64,000 bases of DNA, taken from assembly GCA_963754965.1 (NCBI GenBank), contig CAVWIA010000001.1, positions 94,142-158,141 on the forward strand, given 5' to 3'. Below the pieces are notes generated by a model that saw nothing but the letters and a program-made list of their open reading frames with translations, had not been told where the DNA came from and searched no databases. Below, in pieces: positions 21,321 through 30,926 of the stretch (position 1 is its first letter; every line of letters begins with the position of its first letter). The DNA comes from an uncultured Actinomycetota bacterium (GTDB lineage: Bacteria; Actinomycetota; Actinomycetes; Propionibacteriales; Propionibacteriaceae). The position numbers were made by a program, and so were the translations under genes.

Positions 21321-22791
21321 ATGGTCGCCACCGTCCAGCTGCCCGATCCCGCTGTCGTGGTGCTGGCGGGGGCCGCCGGGTCCGGCAAGTCGACCTGGGC
21401 AGTGGAGCGATTTCGAGCATCCGAGATCGTGTCGTCAGATGCGTTGCGGGCCATCGTCGGCAGCGGACCGGCTGATCTGGATGCCTCGGTCGACGCGTTC
21501 GGCCTGCTCGACACGATCGTGAACGCCCGCATCGGGCGCTCGTTGACGACAGTGATCGATACACTCGGTCTTGATCATCCGCGGCGCCTGGGCTACCTGC
21601 AGTTGGCCCGTGCGGCAGGAGTGCCGGCCGTCCTGGTGATCATGAACAGCTCACCTCGGCTCTGCCGTGAGCGCAACCGGCTGCGGGATCGTCCCGTACC
21701 GGCGCCGGTGCTCGCCGAGCAGCTGCGCAAGATCAAGTCGATGATCGGCACCGCGGCCGATGAAGGCTGGGATCGAGTACTGATCATCGAACGATTCCGG
21801 CACCGTTGCGATGCCGCTGGAGCACACGCCCCGCAGTGATGATGATCAGGGGACCGCCGGCCGGCCTCGCGTGATCCTGCAGGTGTCCCGCTTTCCCTGG
21901 GGCAGCGAACCTGCGCAATGGCTGCGCGATATCGCATTGGCCGCGGACTCGATCGGCTTTGACGGGATTGCCCTGATGGACCACCTGATCCAGATTCCTC
22001 AGGTGGACCGGGCGTGGGAGCCAATCCCGGAGCCTTGGGTGACCCTCGGGCTGTTGGCAGGTCTCGAGACCAAGCTGAGGCTCGGCACGCTCGTCTCGCC
22101 GGTCACGTTCCGTGCGCCCGGGATCATTGCGAAGACCGTGGCGACACTCGATGCGCTCAGCGGGGGGCGCGCATTCTGCGGTCTGGGGGCCGGCTGGTGG
22201 CTGCGTGAGCACCAGGCGTACGGACTGGACTTCCCGACAGCCAACCAGCGTCTTGATCAACTGCAGGTCTGCATCGAAACGTTGCGCGCACTTTGGGCAC
22301 CTGGCACCAAGGCCTACGCCGGCGGCTATGTGAACCTGCCGGAGACGACGTGCTATCCGCGTCCCACCGAGCGGATCCCCATCATCGTCGGCGGCTCCGG
22401 CGAGCGACGGACGCTGAAGATCGTCGCGGAGCAGGCCGACGGCTGCAACCTGCCATCCGATGAACGCGTTCTATCGTCCAAGATCGACATTTTGCGCCGC
22501 CACTGCGCGGCGATGGGCAGGGATCCGGCCGAGGTGGATATCACCGTGCTCGACGTGCCGGTCATCGGCACTGATCGTGAGGATGTCGGGCTGCGGGTCG
22601 AGCGACTTCGTGGCCGCACCTCAGCCGCGGCGTACGCAGCCCAGCACCATGCGGGGACGGCAGAGAATCACGTCGAGCGATATCGCCGGCTGGCGGATCA
22701 AGGCGTGGGCACCGTCTTCTGCTCGCTCGCCGATCTGGCCGGCGCTGATGATCTTGTTCGCACCTCCCCGCTGGTCGAGGCGCTGACCTGA
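21321..22791 (+). CDS. AAA_33/PNK-like P-loop kinase, apparently fused to an LLM-class (luciferase-like) flavin/F420 oxidoreductase (indel at ~21790)
   Basis: VVLAGAAGSGKSTW, IVSSDALR, CRERNRLRDRPVP; then LMDHLIQIP, LGTLVSPVTFR, ATLDALSGGR, PIIVGGSGERRTL. Confidence 0.75.
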
Positions 22792-22844
22792 CAGCCTTGG
22801 CTACGGTGTCCTCAGCTCGCCTCAACAGCTCGGTGAGGACGAGA

Positions 22845-23234
22845 ATGAGGTCCGTGGATCGAGACCAAGTCATGGCCTGGGTGGATGGGTACATCGCCGC
22901 CTGGCGCGCCGAGGACTCGGAGGCGGTGGAAGGGCTGTTCACGCCAGACGCCGCTTATCGCGCGTCGCCGTACGCGGAGTCGATGATCGGTCATGACGCC
23001 ATCAAAGGCTTCTGGGTCGACGACGACGGCGAGGTCTTCACAGCCACCGCCGAACCGGTCGCCGTGGACGGCAGCTCGGCGGTCGTCCGGGTCGAGGTGC
23101 GTTATGGCGATCCGGTCCATCAGGAGTATCGAGATCTGTGGGTCTTGCACTTCGCCGACGACGCCCGGGTCAGCGATTTTGAGGAGTGGGCGTACTGGCC
23201 CGGCAAGGCCTACTCGGCCACGGCACCACCCTGA
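22845..23234 (+). CDS. SnoaL/NTF2-like protein
   Basis: WVDGYIAAW...LFTPDAAY...GHDAIKGFW...YRDLWVLHF...FEEW. Confidence 0.85.
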   Translation: MRSVDRDQVMAWVDGYIAAWRAEDSEAVEGLFTPDAAYRASPYAESMIGHDAIKGFWVDDDGEVFTATAEPVAVDGSSAVVRVEVRYGDPVHQEYRDLWVLHFADDARVSDFEEWAYWPGKAYSATAPP

Positions 23235-23250
23235 GGGGGCGGTCTGCCAG

Positions 23251-23526
23251 TCAGCCGCCGGCGACCGCCGGAATGATCGAGATCCGGGCACCTTCGCTCA
23301 CCTCGGCGTCTAACCCGCCGATGAAGCGCACGTCGTCGTCGCCCACATAGACGTTGACGAAACGGCGGAGCGCACCCCCGTCATCCAGAATGCGGCCTCG
23401 GATGCCGGGGTGGCTGGACTCGAGTGAGTCAAGGATTTCGCTCAGTTTGCTTCCGTCCGCGCTGACCTCGCCCGCACCAGCCGTGAAGTTGCGCAGAATG
23501 GTTGGAATGCGGACTGTCGCACTCAT
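23251..23526 (-). CDS. moaD: MoaD/ThiS/CysO-family ubiquitin-like sulfur carrier
   Basis: VRIPTILR...RFVNVYVGDDDVRF...IIPAVAGG with C-terminal GG; overlaps the thrC stop. Confidence 0.9.
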   Translation of the reverse strand: MSATVRIPTILRNFTAGAGEVSADGSKLSEILDSLESSHPGIRGRILDDGGALRRFVNVYVGDDDVRFIGGLDAEVSEGARISIIPAVAGG

Positions 23527-24809
23527 GGGCGGTAGTCCTTCCAGAAGTCGGTGAACGCGTCGTAGCGAGGAGGGATTGTCGTCTTGGGGCCGACTTTCTC
23601 AGCGATAGCGTCAAGCGTCTTCAAGCCGTCGCCGGAATTGATCACGACAGTCTCCGCCCCTGGGTCGAGCTCGCCTTCGTCGATGAGCTTGGCCGCGACG
23701 CCGACCGTTACGCCGCCCGCCGTCTCGGCGAAGATGCCCTCCGTCCGCGCGAGGCGCTGGATGTTGGCGACAATGGCGTCGTCATTCACGTCGGCAACCA
23801 GACCGCCGGTGCGACGTACAACGTCGAGCACGTAAGGCCCGTCGGCAGGGTTGCCGATTGCGAGCGACTTGGCGATGGTGTCCGGACGCACCGGCGCCAC
23901 CACGTCTTGGCCGGCACGGTAGGCCTGAGCAACGGGTGAGCAGCCGGTGGCCTGGGCGCCGAAGATCACGTACGGCTTGTCCTCGACCAGACCGAGTTTG
24001 ATCAGCTCGGTGAAGCCTTTGTCGATCTTGGTGAGCTGCGCTCCGGAGGCCACCGGGATGACGACCTGATCCGGCAGGCGCCAACCGAGCTGCTCGGCGA
24101 TCTCGTAGGCCAAGGTCTTCGAACCTTCGGCGTAGTAGGGGCGGACGTTGACGTTCACGAACGCCCAGTCTTCTTCCTCCGCGGCAATCTCGCTGGCCAA
24201 CTTGTTCACGTCGTCGTAGGTGCCCTCGATGGCGATCAGGGTCGTGTCGTACACCGCTGATGCGAGGATCTTCGGCCGTTCCAGGTTCCTTGGCACGAAG
24301 ACGACGGACTGGATGCCAGCACGGGCAGCAGCCGCTGCTACTGCGTTCGCCAGGTTGCCGGTAGATGGGCAGGCCAGCACCCGCAGGCCCAACTCGCGAG
24401 CGGCCGAGAGGGCGACGGCTACCACTCGGTCCTTGAAGGAGTGGGTCGGGTTGCCGGAATCGTCCTTCACCCAGAGCTGTCGGACGCCAAGATCATCGGC
24501 AAGGTTGCGGGCATCGACCAGCCGGGTGCAGCCGGGGTCGGTGGAGCGGAAGGTGGCGATATCAGCGGGGACCGGCAATAGCGGGGCATAACGCCAGATG
24601 CTCCGAGGGCCCGCCTCGATCTGCTCGCGTGTAACAGCCGGAAAGTGGTAGCCGACCTCGAGCGGACCGAAGCACTCCATACAGACGTAGAAGGGGCCGA
24701 GCGAGGTCTTGTGGCCGCACTCCCGGCAGACGAGGTGAGTGGCGTTGCCGAAGGCACCCGCGCGGACGCCTTGGGGAGTCGGGAATTCGGTGTTGACCAC
24801 CGCCGTCAT
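23523..24809 (-). CDS. thrC: Threonine synthase-like PLP enzyme with N-terminal Zn ribbon
   Basis: CRECG...CMECFG, NPTHSFKDR (PLP lysine), STGNLA, EGSKT, AKSLAIGNPADG, EGIFAETAGG. Confidence 0.9.
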   Translation of the reverse strand: MTAVVNTEFPTPQGVRAGAFGNATHLVCRECGHKTSLGPFYVCMECFGPLEVGYHFPAVTREQIEAGPRSIWRYAPLLPVPADIATFRSTDPGCTRLVDARNLADDLGVRQLWVKDDSGNPTHSFKDRVVAVALSAARELGLRVLACPSTGNLANAVAAAAARAGIQSVVFVPRNLERPKILASAVYDTTLIAIEGTYDDVNKLASEIAAEEEDWAFVNVNVRPYYAEGSKTLAYEIAEQLGWRLPDQVVIPVASGAQLTKIDKGFTELIKLGLVEDKPYVIFGAQATGCSPVAQAYRAGQDVVAPVRPDTIAKSLAIGNPADGPYVLDVVRRTGGLVADVNDDAIVANIQRLARTEGIFAETAGGVTVGVAAKLIDEGELDPGAETVVINSGDGLKTLDAIAEKVGPKTTIPPRYDAFTDFWKDYRP

Positions 24810-24820
24810 TCGATCGTCCT

Positions 24821-24932
24821 TCATCATCTGTCTCGGGCGGCTTTCGACCGAGTCGGAATTGGCACCGTTTCTGTTCGGTCAGTCGGTTGCCGGGGAGTCG
24901 CCGGGCCGTTCCCTCGTCCCCTCTGGATGAAC
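24821..24932 (-). ncRNA. SAM-I (S-box) riboswitch
   Basis: Minus strand reads TTCATCCAGAGGGGACGAGGGAACGGCCCGGCGACTCCCCGGCAACC...ACGGTGCCAATTCC...AGATGA, matching the SAM-I core; sits directly before the thrC RBS (GAAGGA). Confidence 0.9.
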
Positions 24933-25125
24933 GCCGCCTAGCCTAGGCGGGAGCCCGTTCTGGTGCACATTGGCGTCCGCATCCTGGGAAGTCAGTCCGG
25001 ATGCTGAGCTGGGCGGCGGGAATCGGGGCGCGGCTGATCAAGGGTTCGGCTGCTAGATCGGATGTGGGTACGCATCCTGCGTCCGATCAGCGAAAATCGA
25101 TTTGAGGACCGGTGGAAGGAGTTCA

Positions 25126-25620
25126 GTGGACATCACGACGATCGATCTCCGACCATCGCCTCCGCAGACCAGGTGGCAGTGGTTCCGTTTGGTGGGCAAC
25201 GTGATCAACTTGACCACTCCAGGTGGGCTGCTGGTCGCCGTGATTGGTGACGCGAAGATTCGACGTGGACCACGCGGGTTGATCTTGTGTGAGGGCTATC
25301 GGCTGAAATTTCCCGTGGCCGGCGCCTTCACCATCGGTAACGTCATCACCACCGGGTCGACGTGGGAACACCAACTCAACCAATACCCGGCGCTGCTGCA
25401 GCACGAGGAGCGGCACACCTGGCAGTACTTGTACTGCATCGGCCTGCCGTACTACGTCGCGTACGTGATCTGCATGGGGTGGTCGGTGTTGCGGACAGGC
25501 GACCGTGCCGCCCGGAACTTTTTCGAGCGGCAAGCAGGGCTTGTAATAGGCGGCTATCGCGAACTACCGACTCGGCCGATTCGTGAAAATCTAGCCGCGA
25601 TCTTCAGGAAGCGAAGGTGA
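25126..25620 (+). CDS. Hypothetical membrane-associated protein with HExxH motif
   Basis: GGAAGGAG RBS; NLTTPGGL, AGAFTIGNVI, LLQHEERHTWQY, NFFERQAGL. Confidence 0.75.
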   Translation: MDITTIDLRPSPPQTRWQWFRLVGNVINLTTPGGLLVAVIGDAKIRRGPRGLILCEGYRLKFPVAGAFTIGNVITTGSTWEHQLNQYPALLQHEERHTWQYLYCIGLPYYVAYVICMGWSVLRTGDRAARNFFERQAGLVIGGYRELPTRPIRENLAAIFRKRR

Positions 25621-25624
25621 TCAT

Positions 25625-25933
25625 TTACAGATCGATGGACAAGTCGATGCCTAGCCGCTTGGCTGAACGGCTACGCTGCCGCGTTGCCCGCAAGCGACGG
25701 AGCCGCTTGACCAGGAGCGGGTCCTGGGCGAGTGCTGCCGGATGATCGATGAGCGCGTTGAGTGTCTGGTAGTAGCGGGTAGCCGACATGCCGAACTTGT
25801 CCCGCACGGCCTGCTCCTTCGCGCCGGCAAATTTCCACCACTGACGCTCGAAAGCGAGGATCTCCGCATCCCTGGCACTCAGTTGGCCGGCCGGATCGCT
25901 ACGATCGGCGTGCTCATGCGGGACGACAACCAT
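25625..25933 (-). CDS. DUF3263 domain protein
   Basis: LSARDAEILAFERQWWKFAGAKEQAVRDKFGMSATRYYQTLNALID...DPLLVKRLRRLR. Confidence 0.9.
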   Translation of the reverse strand: MVVVPHEHADRSDPAGQLSARDAEILAFERQWWKFAGAKEQAVRDKFGMSATRYYQTLNALIDHPAALAQDPLLVKRLRRLRATRQRSRSAKRLGIDLSIDL

Positions 25934-26025
25934 GTCGCCATAATAAGAGCAAATAACAGCGATGTCATTCGTGTCGTTCCGAAACGCGACACACTAGCTG
26001 CGGCAATTCCGGGAGAAGCGAGTCC

Positions 26026-27213
26026 ATGATCAAACGCCTCACCGGCACGATCCAGCCGTATGCCTGGGGTTCCCGGACGATGATTCCGGAGCTGCTCGGT
26101 GTACCGCCCACCGGTGAGCCCCAGGCAGAGCTCTGGCTTGGTGCTCATCCGATGGCTCCTTCACTTGTGGAGGGTGAACGCCTTGATCAGCTCGTGGCCG
26201 ACAACCCGGCCAGTGTCATGGGCGCGGGACCGTACGCGACCTTCGGACCACGGCTGCCGTTCCTCATGAAGATCATCGCGGCAGACCGGCCATTGTCACT
26301 ACAGGCGCATCCATCCCGTGCCCAAGCCGAGGCGGGATTCGCTGAGGAGGAATCAGCCGGCATTCCTGCCTACGCCTCGAATCGCACCTATCGCGACACT
26401 TGGCCAAAGCCGGAGGTGCTTTGCGCGCTCGGGCCCACCGAGGCGCTCTGTGGCTTCCGCGATCCGATGGAAACGTATCGGCTCTTCGAGGAATTCGGCG
26501 TTCCCGGCACTATCGGTATCGTCAGGGCGCTCAACGATGATTCCCGCGATCCCAAAGATCGGTTGAAGGATGTCTTCCGGCGCGTGCTTCGACTTCCTGG
26601 GGCAGAACGCGCCGTTATCCATCAGGTGGCCGGAGTAGCGGAGACGTTCCGGGGAACTGGTCCAGTGGGTTCGTTCGCTGCCACGATCCGTGAACTGGCT
26701 GCTCACTATCCGGGTGATCCAGGTGTCCTAGCGGCGCTCCTGATGAATCGCATCACGCTGCACCGGCACGATGCGATCTTCATGGCAGCCGGCAAGCTCC
26801 ACGCCTATCTGCGTGGTGGGGGCGTTGAGATCATGGCCAACTCGGACAATGTGATGCGCGGTGGGCTGACCCCGAAGTTCATCAATGTCGAGGAGCTGCT
26901 CAAGGTGCTCGACTTCGAACCTGGCGTCCCCGATCTTGTTAAGCCGACCGAGGAAGGGAGCGGAATCTGGCACTACGCCGCTCCGGCGCAAGAGTTCTCT
27001 CTCTGGCGGCTCGACGTCGGCAAGGCGCTGATCGACATGCCGGGCACCGAGGTCGGCCGAATCGTTCTCGTGACCGAAGGCTCCGTGCAGATGGAATCTG
27101 CAAGTCGGTACTTGGCTATGCGCCGCGGGGAGTCCGCACTAGTCACCGCCGGCGATCCCGTCAGTATTCGCGGCTCTGGCACGGTTTTCGTCGGCTCCCC
27201 CGGCCTGGGCTAG
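26026..27213 (+). CDS. manA: Mannose-6-phosphate isomerase, class I
   Basis: IQPYAWGS, AELWLGAHP, PLSLQAHP, KPE, HAYLRG, EIMANSDNVMRGGLTPK. Confidence 0.95.
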   Translation: MIKRLTGTIQPYAWGSRTMIPELLGVPPTGEPQAELWLGAHPMAPSLVEGERLDQLVADNPASVMGAGPYATFGPRLPFLMKIIAADRPLSLQAHPSRAQAEAGFAEEESAGIPAYASNRTYRDTWPKPEVLCALGPTEALCGFRDPMETYRLFEEFGVPGTIGIVRALNDDSRDPKDRLKDVFRRVLRLPGAERAVIHQVAGVAETFRGTGPVGSFAATIRELAAHYPGDPGVLAALLMNRITLHRHDAIFMAAGKLHAYLRGGGVEIMANSDNVMRGGLTPKFINVEELLKVLDFEPGVPDLVKPTEEGSGIWHYAAPAQEFSLWRLDVGKALIDMPGTEVGRIVLVTEGSVQMESASRYLAMRRGESALVTAGDPVSIRGSGTVFVGSPGLG

Positions 27214-27670
27214 CCGTCGCTGGCCTGGGCAGCCGTCCGTCGCCGAGCCGCGCAGGCTGCCCGCGGTAGAGCTATAAACGCTATGTAGAGCAGCGAGGCT
27301 ATCCCGTACACCAATTCCGTGTAGTGCCCACGAAGGCCAGCCACGCCGCGTGACCGGAGAGTCGGGAGCAGTTCCTGCCCGAGCCAGGAAAGGGCGCGCG
27401 GCCGAAGGCTCGGCCGGTCGAGAAGGTCTACCAGGACGTAGTAGCCGTCCAGCTCCAGCAGGGGCGTCAGGTTCACGAGCACGCCCAGGTATGCGAGGAA
27501 GGCCAACTGCCAGCACAAGGCGGCAAAAAGCGGCTCGGCGACCAGAAGCCCCAGGATCGATGCGGCCCCGGCAATGACGACGTCGTGAAAGGACCCGGCC
27601 AAGTTCACCATGATGCGCTGACATCGAGTGCCCCTCGCGCCACTGCCGAGCACCAGCAGCGACGTGCAGC
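27210..27670 (-). pseudogene. Fragment of an M50-type (site-2-protease-like) membrane protein
   Basis: VNLTPLLELDGYYVLVDLLDRPSLR (NxxPxxxLDG motif); no N-terminal half or HExxH. Confidence 0.6.
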
Positions 27671-27741
27671 GCAGCGCCCTGGCGATAGACCTGGAGCTGC
27701 AATGTGCGCGAGTTCCGGCCGTGATGTGAAACGGAGAGCGG

Positions 27742-27927
27742 TTAGCGCTTCCGGCCATCGGTTTTACTCATCGCGGGATCGTTAGCACGAAGCTCCCGAA
27801 TCCGACGAAGCTCCAAGGCCCTGGCCTCGGCGTACGTGGGGTTGACGGATTCCCAGAGGATCTCCTTTCGAACCGTGAAGTCCCGTCGCTGATCGGGAGT
27901 CAGGTCGGCGGCTATCTCGGCCCCGAC
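27742..27927 (-). pseudogene. C-terminal fragment of a small GIY-YIG-like nuclease
   Basis: Manual translation EIAADLTPDQRRDFTVRKEILWES...RIRELRANDP resembles the C-terminal half of stand-alone GIY-YIG proteins (recognised from memory); no start. Confidence 0.55.
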
Positions 27928-27930
27928 CGA

Positions 27931-28273
27931 ACGTTCCTAGCTCGCTGCACTCAGCACCGGCTCGGCGCGCTGTTCGAGGTAGCCGTGCTCATCGACCTGC
28001 GCCGCGGCGAGCTCACGGGCTCCGCTCGGCGGACGTAGTGGCGGCCCGAAAGATCGACTGCGCGGCGTCCTGATGCTGGGCTCGGGCGCCGACATCGCGG
28101 TGGTGTCGAAACTGCTCGGGCACGCATCCATCGCGATCACGAGCGACGTATTCGGCCACGTGATCGGTACGGTTGCATCCGAGGCCGTGAACGGCGCCGC
28201 GAACCTGATTGCACACACAGTGCACACAGCAGGAAGTGGACGCCTTCATGCGGTCCTCATTCTCGGCGGCTAG
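27931..28273 (+). pseudogene. Tyrosine integrase remnant (internally deleted)
   Basis: HRLGALFEVAVLIDLRRGELTG (box I) joined to ADIAVVSKLLGHASIAITSDVFGH (box II, catalytic Tyr changed to Phe). Confidence 0.8.
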
Positions 28274-28304
28274 AGGCCCTCCGACCAGGGCAAATGGACG
28301 TCGC

Positions 28305-28377
28305 GCTGGCGTGGCGCAATTGGCAGCGCACCTGTCTTGTAAACAGGTGGTTGGGGGTTCGAGTCCCCCCGCCAGCT
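28305..28377 (+). tRNA. tRNA-Thr(TGT)
   Basis: GCTGGCG acceptor stem pairs with CGCCAGC; anticodon arm CCTGT-CTTGTAA-ACAGG; T-arm GGGGG-TTCGAGT-CCCCC; CCA not encoded. Confidence 0.97.
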
Positions 28378-28436
28378 CTCGAAAAAGCCTAGTCATCCAC
28401 GACTTACGCAGAGCCCAACACACCCGTGAGCGATTT

Positions 28437-28458
28437 TGACAGCAACCGTGCCAGCAAC
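28437..28458 (+). repeat. Tandem TGACAGCAAC/TGCCAGCAAC (putative integrase arm-type sites, left end)
   Basis: Two 10-mers with a 12-bp period between the tRNA and the int stop; the same motif recurs at 62901-62922. Confidence 0.7.
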
Positions 28459-28459
28459 C

Positions 28460-29518
28460 TCACAACGCATAGGGCGGTCCCAACGAACGATCGATCGCGT
28501 CGGCAGCTTCTCGAAGCGCGGATGGCATGACATGCGAGTACAAGTTCATCGTGATGCAGAACTGAGAGTGCCCAAGGACATCCATGACAACGCGGGCGGG
28601 CACGCCTTGAGCCAACAGGAGCGAGGCACAGGTGTGCCGAAGGTCGTGCATCCTGATGCGACGAACACCAGCTTGCACGATAAGCGAGTCCAAAGCTCGC
28701 GCGAGGTTTCGGGGCTCCACGGCGGTGCCGGTGGAGGATGTGAAGACAAGTCCGGTGTCCTGCCAATACGGGACTTGACGCTCGACCTGCTGTCGGGAGA
28801 GATGCTCGTGCAGAACCTCGGCAATCACTGCTGGGATTGGGATGTCTCGCCTCGACCTTGTGGACTTCGGTGGCCCAAAGATCATGCCCTGCCCGTTGAT
28901 GCGTTGAGCTGTTTGACGCACATGGAGAAGTCCGTGTTCAAGATCAACGTCCGACCATCGCAGGCCAAGCAATTCCCCCTTCCGCAGCCCAAGGCCCACA
29001 CCAACGGCGAAGAGTGCGTACAACCTGTCTGGGCGAGCTGCCTTTAGGAACTTGGCTGCCTCCTCAGAGCTCCACGGCCGCACTTCTTCCTGACTTACGG
29101 GCGGTGGTCGGACGATGCTGGCAACATTTCGTTCGATTAACTCCTCGCGCACCGCTTCGGCGAGCATCGCCCGAAGAGTGGCATGGATAATCTGGACGGA
29201 GCGCGCCGATAGACCCGACGCCTGCTTCACCGACAGCAGATGTCGGATCGCGGCTGGTGTCAGCCGCCGGAGGGTCTGTCGGCCAAGTGTCGGCAATATG
29301 TGAAGGCGCAACGTATCGCGGTAAGACGCCACGGTGGTTGGACGCAGCCGTGGCGCGACAACGTGCTCCAGCCAATGGGCGGAGTATGACGAGACGGTCC
29401 AGGTCTTGGTTGCGAGCGGGATGCCTGCAGCAGTCTTGGCAACCAACCGCGCTAGCTGCCCCGCAGCCTCTGCCGGGGTCTTACCGTAGACCAACACGGG
29501 CTTTCCACCCCACGACAC
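28460..29518 (-). CDS. Phage-type tyrosine recombinase/integrase (N-terminus probably truncated)
   Basis: GLRKGELLGLRWSDVDL (R), PPKS (K), RMHDLRHTCAS (HxxR), LGHS, NLYSHV (Y). Confidence 0.93.
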   Translation of the reverse strand: MSWGGKPVLVYGKTPAEAAGQLARLVAKTAAGIPLATKTWTVSSYSAHWLEHVVAPRLRPTTVASYRDTLRLHILPTLGRQTLRRLTPAAIRHLLSVKQASGLSARSVQIIHATLRAMLAEAVREELIERNVASIVRPPPVSQEEVRPWSSEEAAKFLKAARPDRLYALFAVGVGLGLRKGELLGLRWSDVDLEHGLLHVRQTAQRINGQGMIFGPPKSTRSRRDIPIPAVIAEVLHEHLSRQQVERQVPYWQDTGLVFTSSTGTAVEPRNLARALDSLIVQAGVRRIRMHDLRHTCASLLLAQGVPARVVMDVLGHSQFCITMNLYSHVMPSALREAADAIDRSLGPPYAL

Positions 29519-29573
29519 CCAGCGGGAAGCTAATCACAGTGATACTTGCTGGAGGCCGGAACAGGAGACCCGG

Positions 29574-29959
29574 ATGAAGTTTGTGTTGCTGACCAAACAC
29601 ACCGAGCTGGACGTCGTGCCATCGTCAAGCGAGTGGTCGAAAGATGACCTCGCGGGCCACATGGCGCACCTCGAAGCCCTGAACGCTCGACTAGCGAAGC
29701 AACATGGACGGTGACCATGGTGGCCTTCTCCGACCCCGAGGACGCGATCGTGGTACGCAGTCGACGGTTCCGCGCCCGAGGTGGTTGGCGGGCTCAATGG
29801 ACAGGGGACGCACTCGCCTTTGATCGAGGTGGCGTCTCGCGATCGTGCCATCGAGATAGCCGCCGCAGTTTCAGCCGCACCCGGCCAGACGGCCGCCCGC
29901 TGGGGCAACCCATCGAGTTGCGGGCGGTCGTAGGCGAGTTTGACCCCGAGAACGGGTGA
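29574..29959 (+). pseudogene. Degraded YciI-family gene
   Basis: MKFVLL...EWSKDDLAGHMAHLEALN then a stop; later frames give RAIEIAAAVSAAPG and PIELRAV; AGGAG RBS. Confidence 0.65.
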
Positions 29960-29989
29960 GCGGACCACCCACGAAGAAAGGACAGCCAC

Positions 29990-30574
29990 ATGGCCAAGCT
30001 CATCGCCCAGGAGTGGATCAGTCTCGACGGTGTCGCGCAAGCCCCGAGCGATCCCGACGAGGACACCTCCGGCGATTTCCAGCACGGGGGCTGGCATTCC
30101 CCCTTCTTCGATGACGCCGCCATGGCCTGGGTGGTCGACTTCGTCACCTCCGCCGATAGTTACCTGCTCGGACGGCGCACCTATCAGATCTTCGCCGCAC
30201 ACTGGCCGAACGCGTCCGACGATGAGCAGACGCTCGCCCAACCGCTCAACGAGCGTCCCAAGTACGTCATCTCATCGAGCCTGACCGAATCACTCGTGTG
30301 GAACAACGCCCGACTCCTGAAGGGCGACATCGGCGAGTCGGTATTGAAACTAACGACCGAACTGGACGGTGATCTCCACCTCATCGGCAGCACCGAATTG
30401 CTCCACACGCTGCTCAATTACGGTCTCGTGGATGAGCTGCGACTAATGATCGACCCCATCATCCTCGGCGCCGGCAAGCGCTGGTATCCGTTGACCGGCG
30501 CCCGCTTGGATCTGCGACTGATCGACAGCCAGACCACCTCCACAGGAGCCACCCTTGCCACCTACGCTCGATGA
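29990..30574 (+). CDS. Dihydrofolate reductase/RibD C-terminal domain family protein
   Basis: ISLDGVAQAP, LLGRRTY, PKYVISSSL, GSTELL, LVDELRLMIDPIILGAGKR. Confidence 0.9.
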   Translation: MAKLIAQEWISLDGVAQAPSDPDEDTSGDFQHGGWHSPFFDDAAMAWVVDFVTSADSYLLGRRTYQIFAAHWPNASDDEQTLAQPLNERPKYVISSSLTESLVWNNARLLKGDIGESVLKLTTELDGDLHLIGSTELLHTLLNYGLVDELRLMIDPIILGAGKRWYPLTGARLDLRLIDSQTTSTGATLATYAR

Positions 30575-30926
30575 CTCGTCGACTTGGCCATGTCGGGCAG
30601 CCCAACCGAGCCGACCACGCCGACAAACCGAACGCAGCGGCGTCTTGACCACTCCCACAGTTCCTCAGGGATACCCCCGTCCGTGAACACCACCCCGCTC
30701 ACTGACGACACCTCTCCTCGCCGGGTTTCCGATGTGACTTGCCGCGGTCCGCATGGCCACGTCCGACCGCGCATCACAACAGCACTCGGATGGGCAGGCA
30801 TGGCCGCTCATCGCCCGAGGCGCAGACCAATACCTTCCGCAGTCCATACCGCGGTCGGTGAAGACCATCATCAGCTTCGTCGCCGTAGGGCGACCGAACC
30901 TGGACCAGGAGAGCATTGAGGCCGGC

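Noticed and set aside
28460-29518. Integron integrase IntI
   Set aside because: It sits at a tRNA with arm-like repeats and looks like a phage-type integrase; no attI or cassette array is adjacent.
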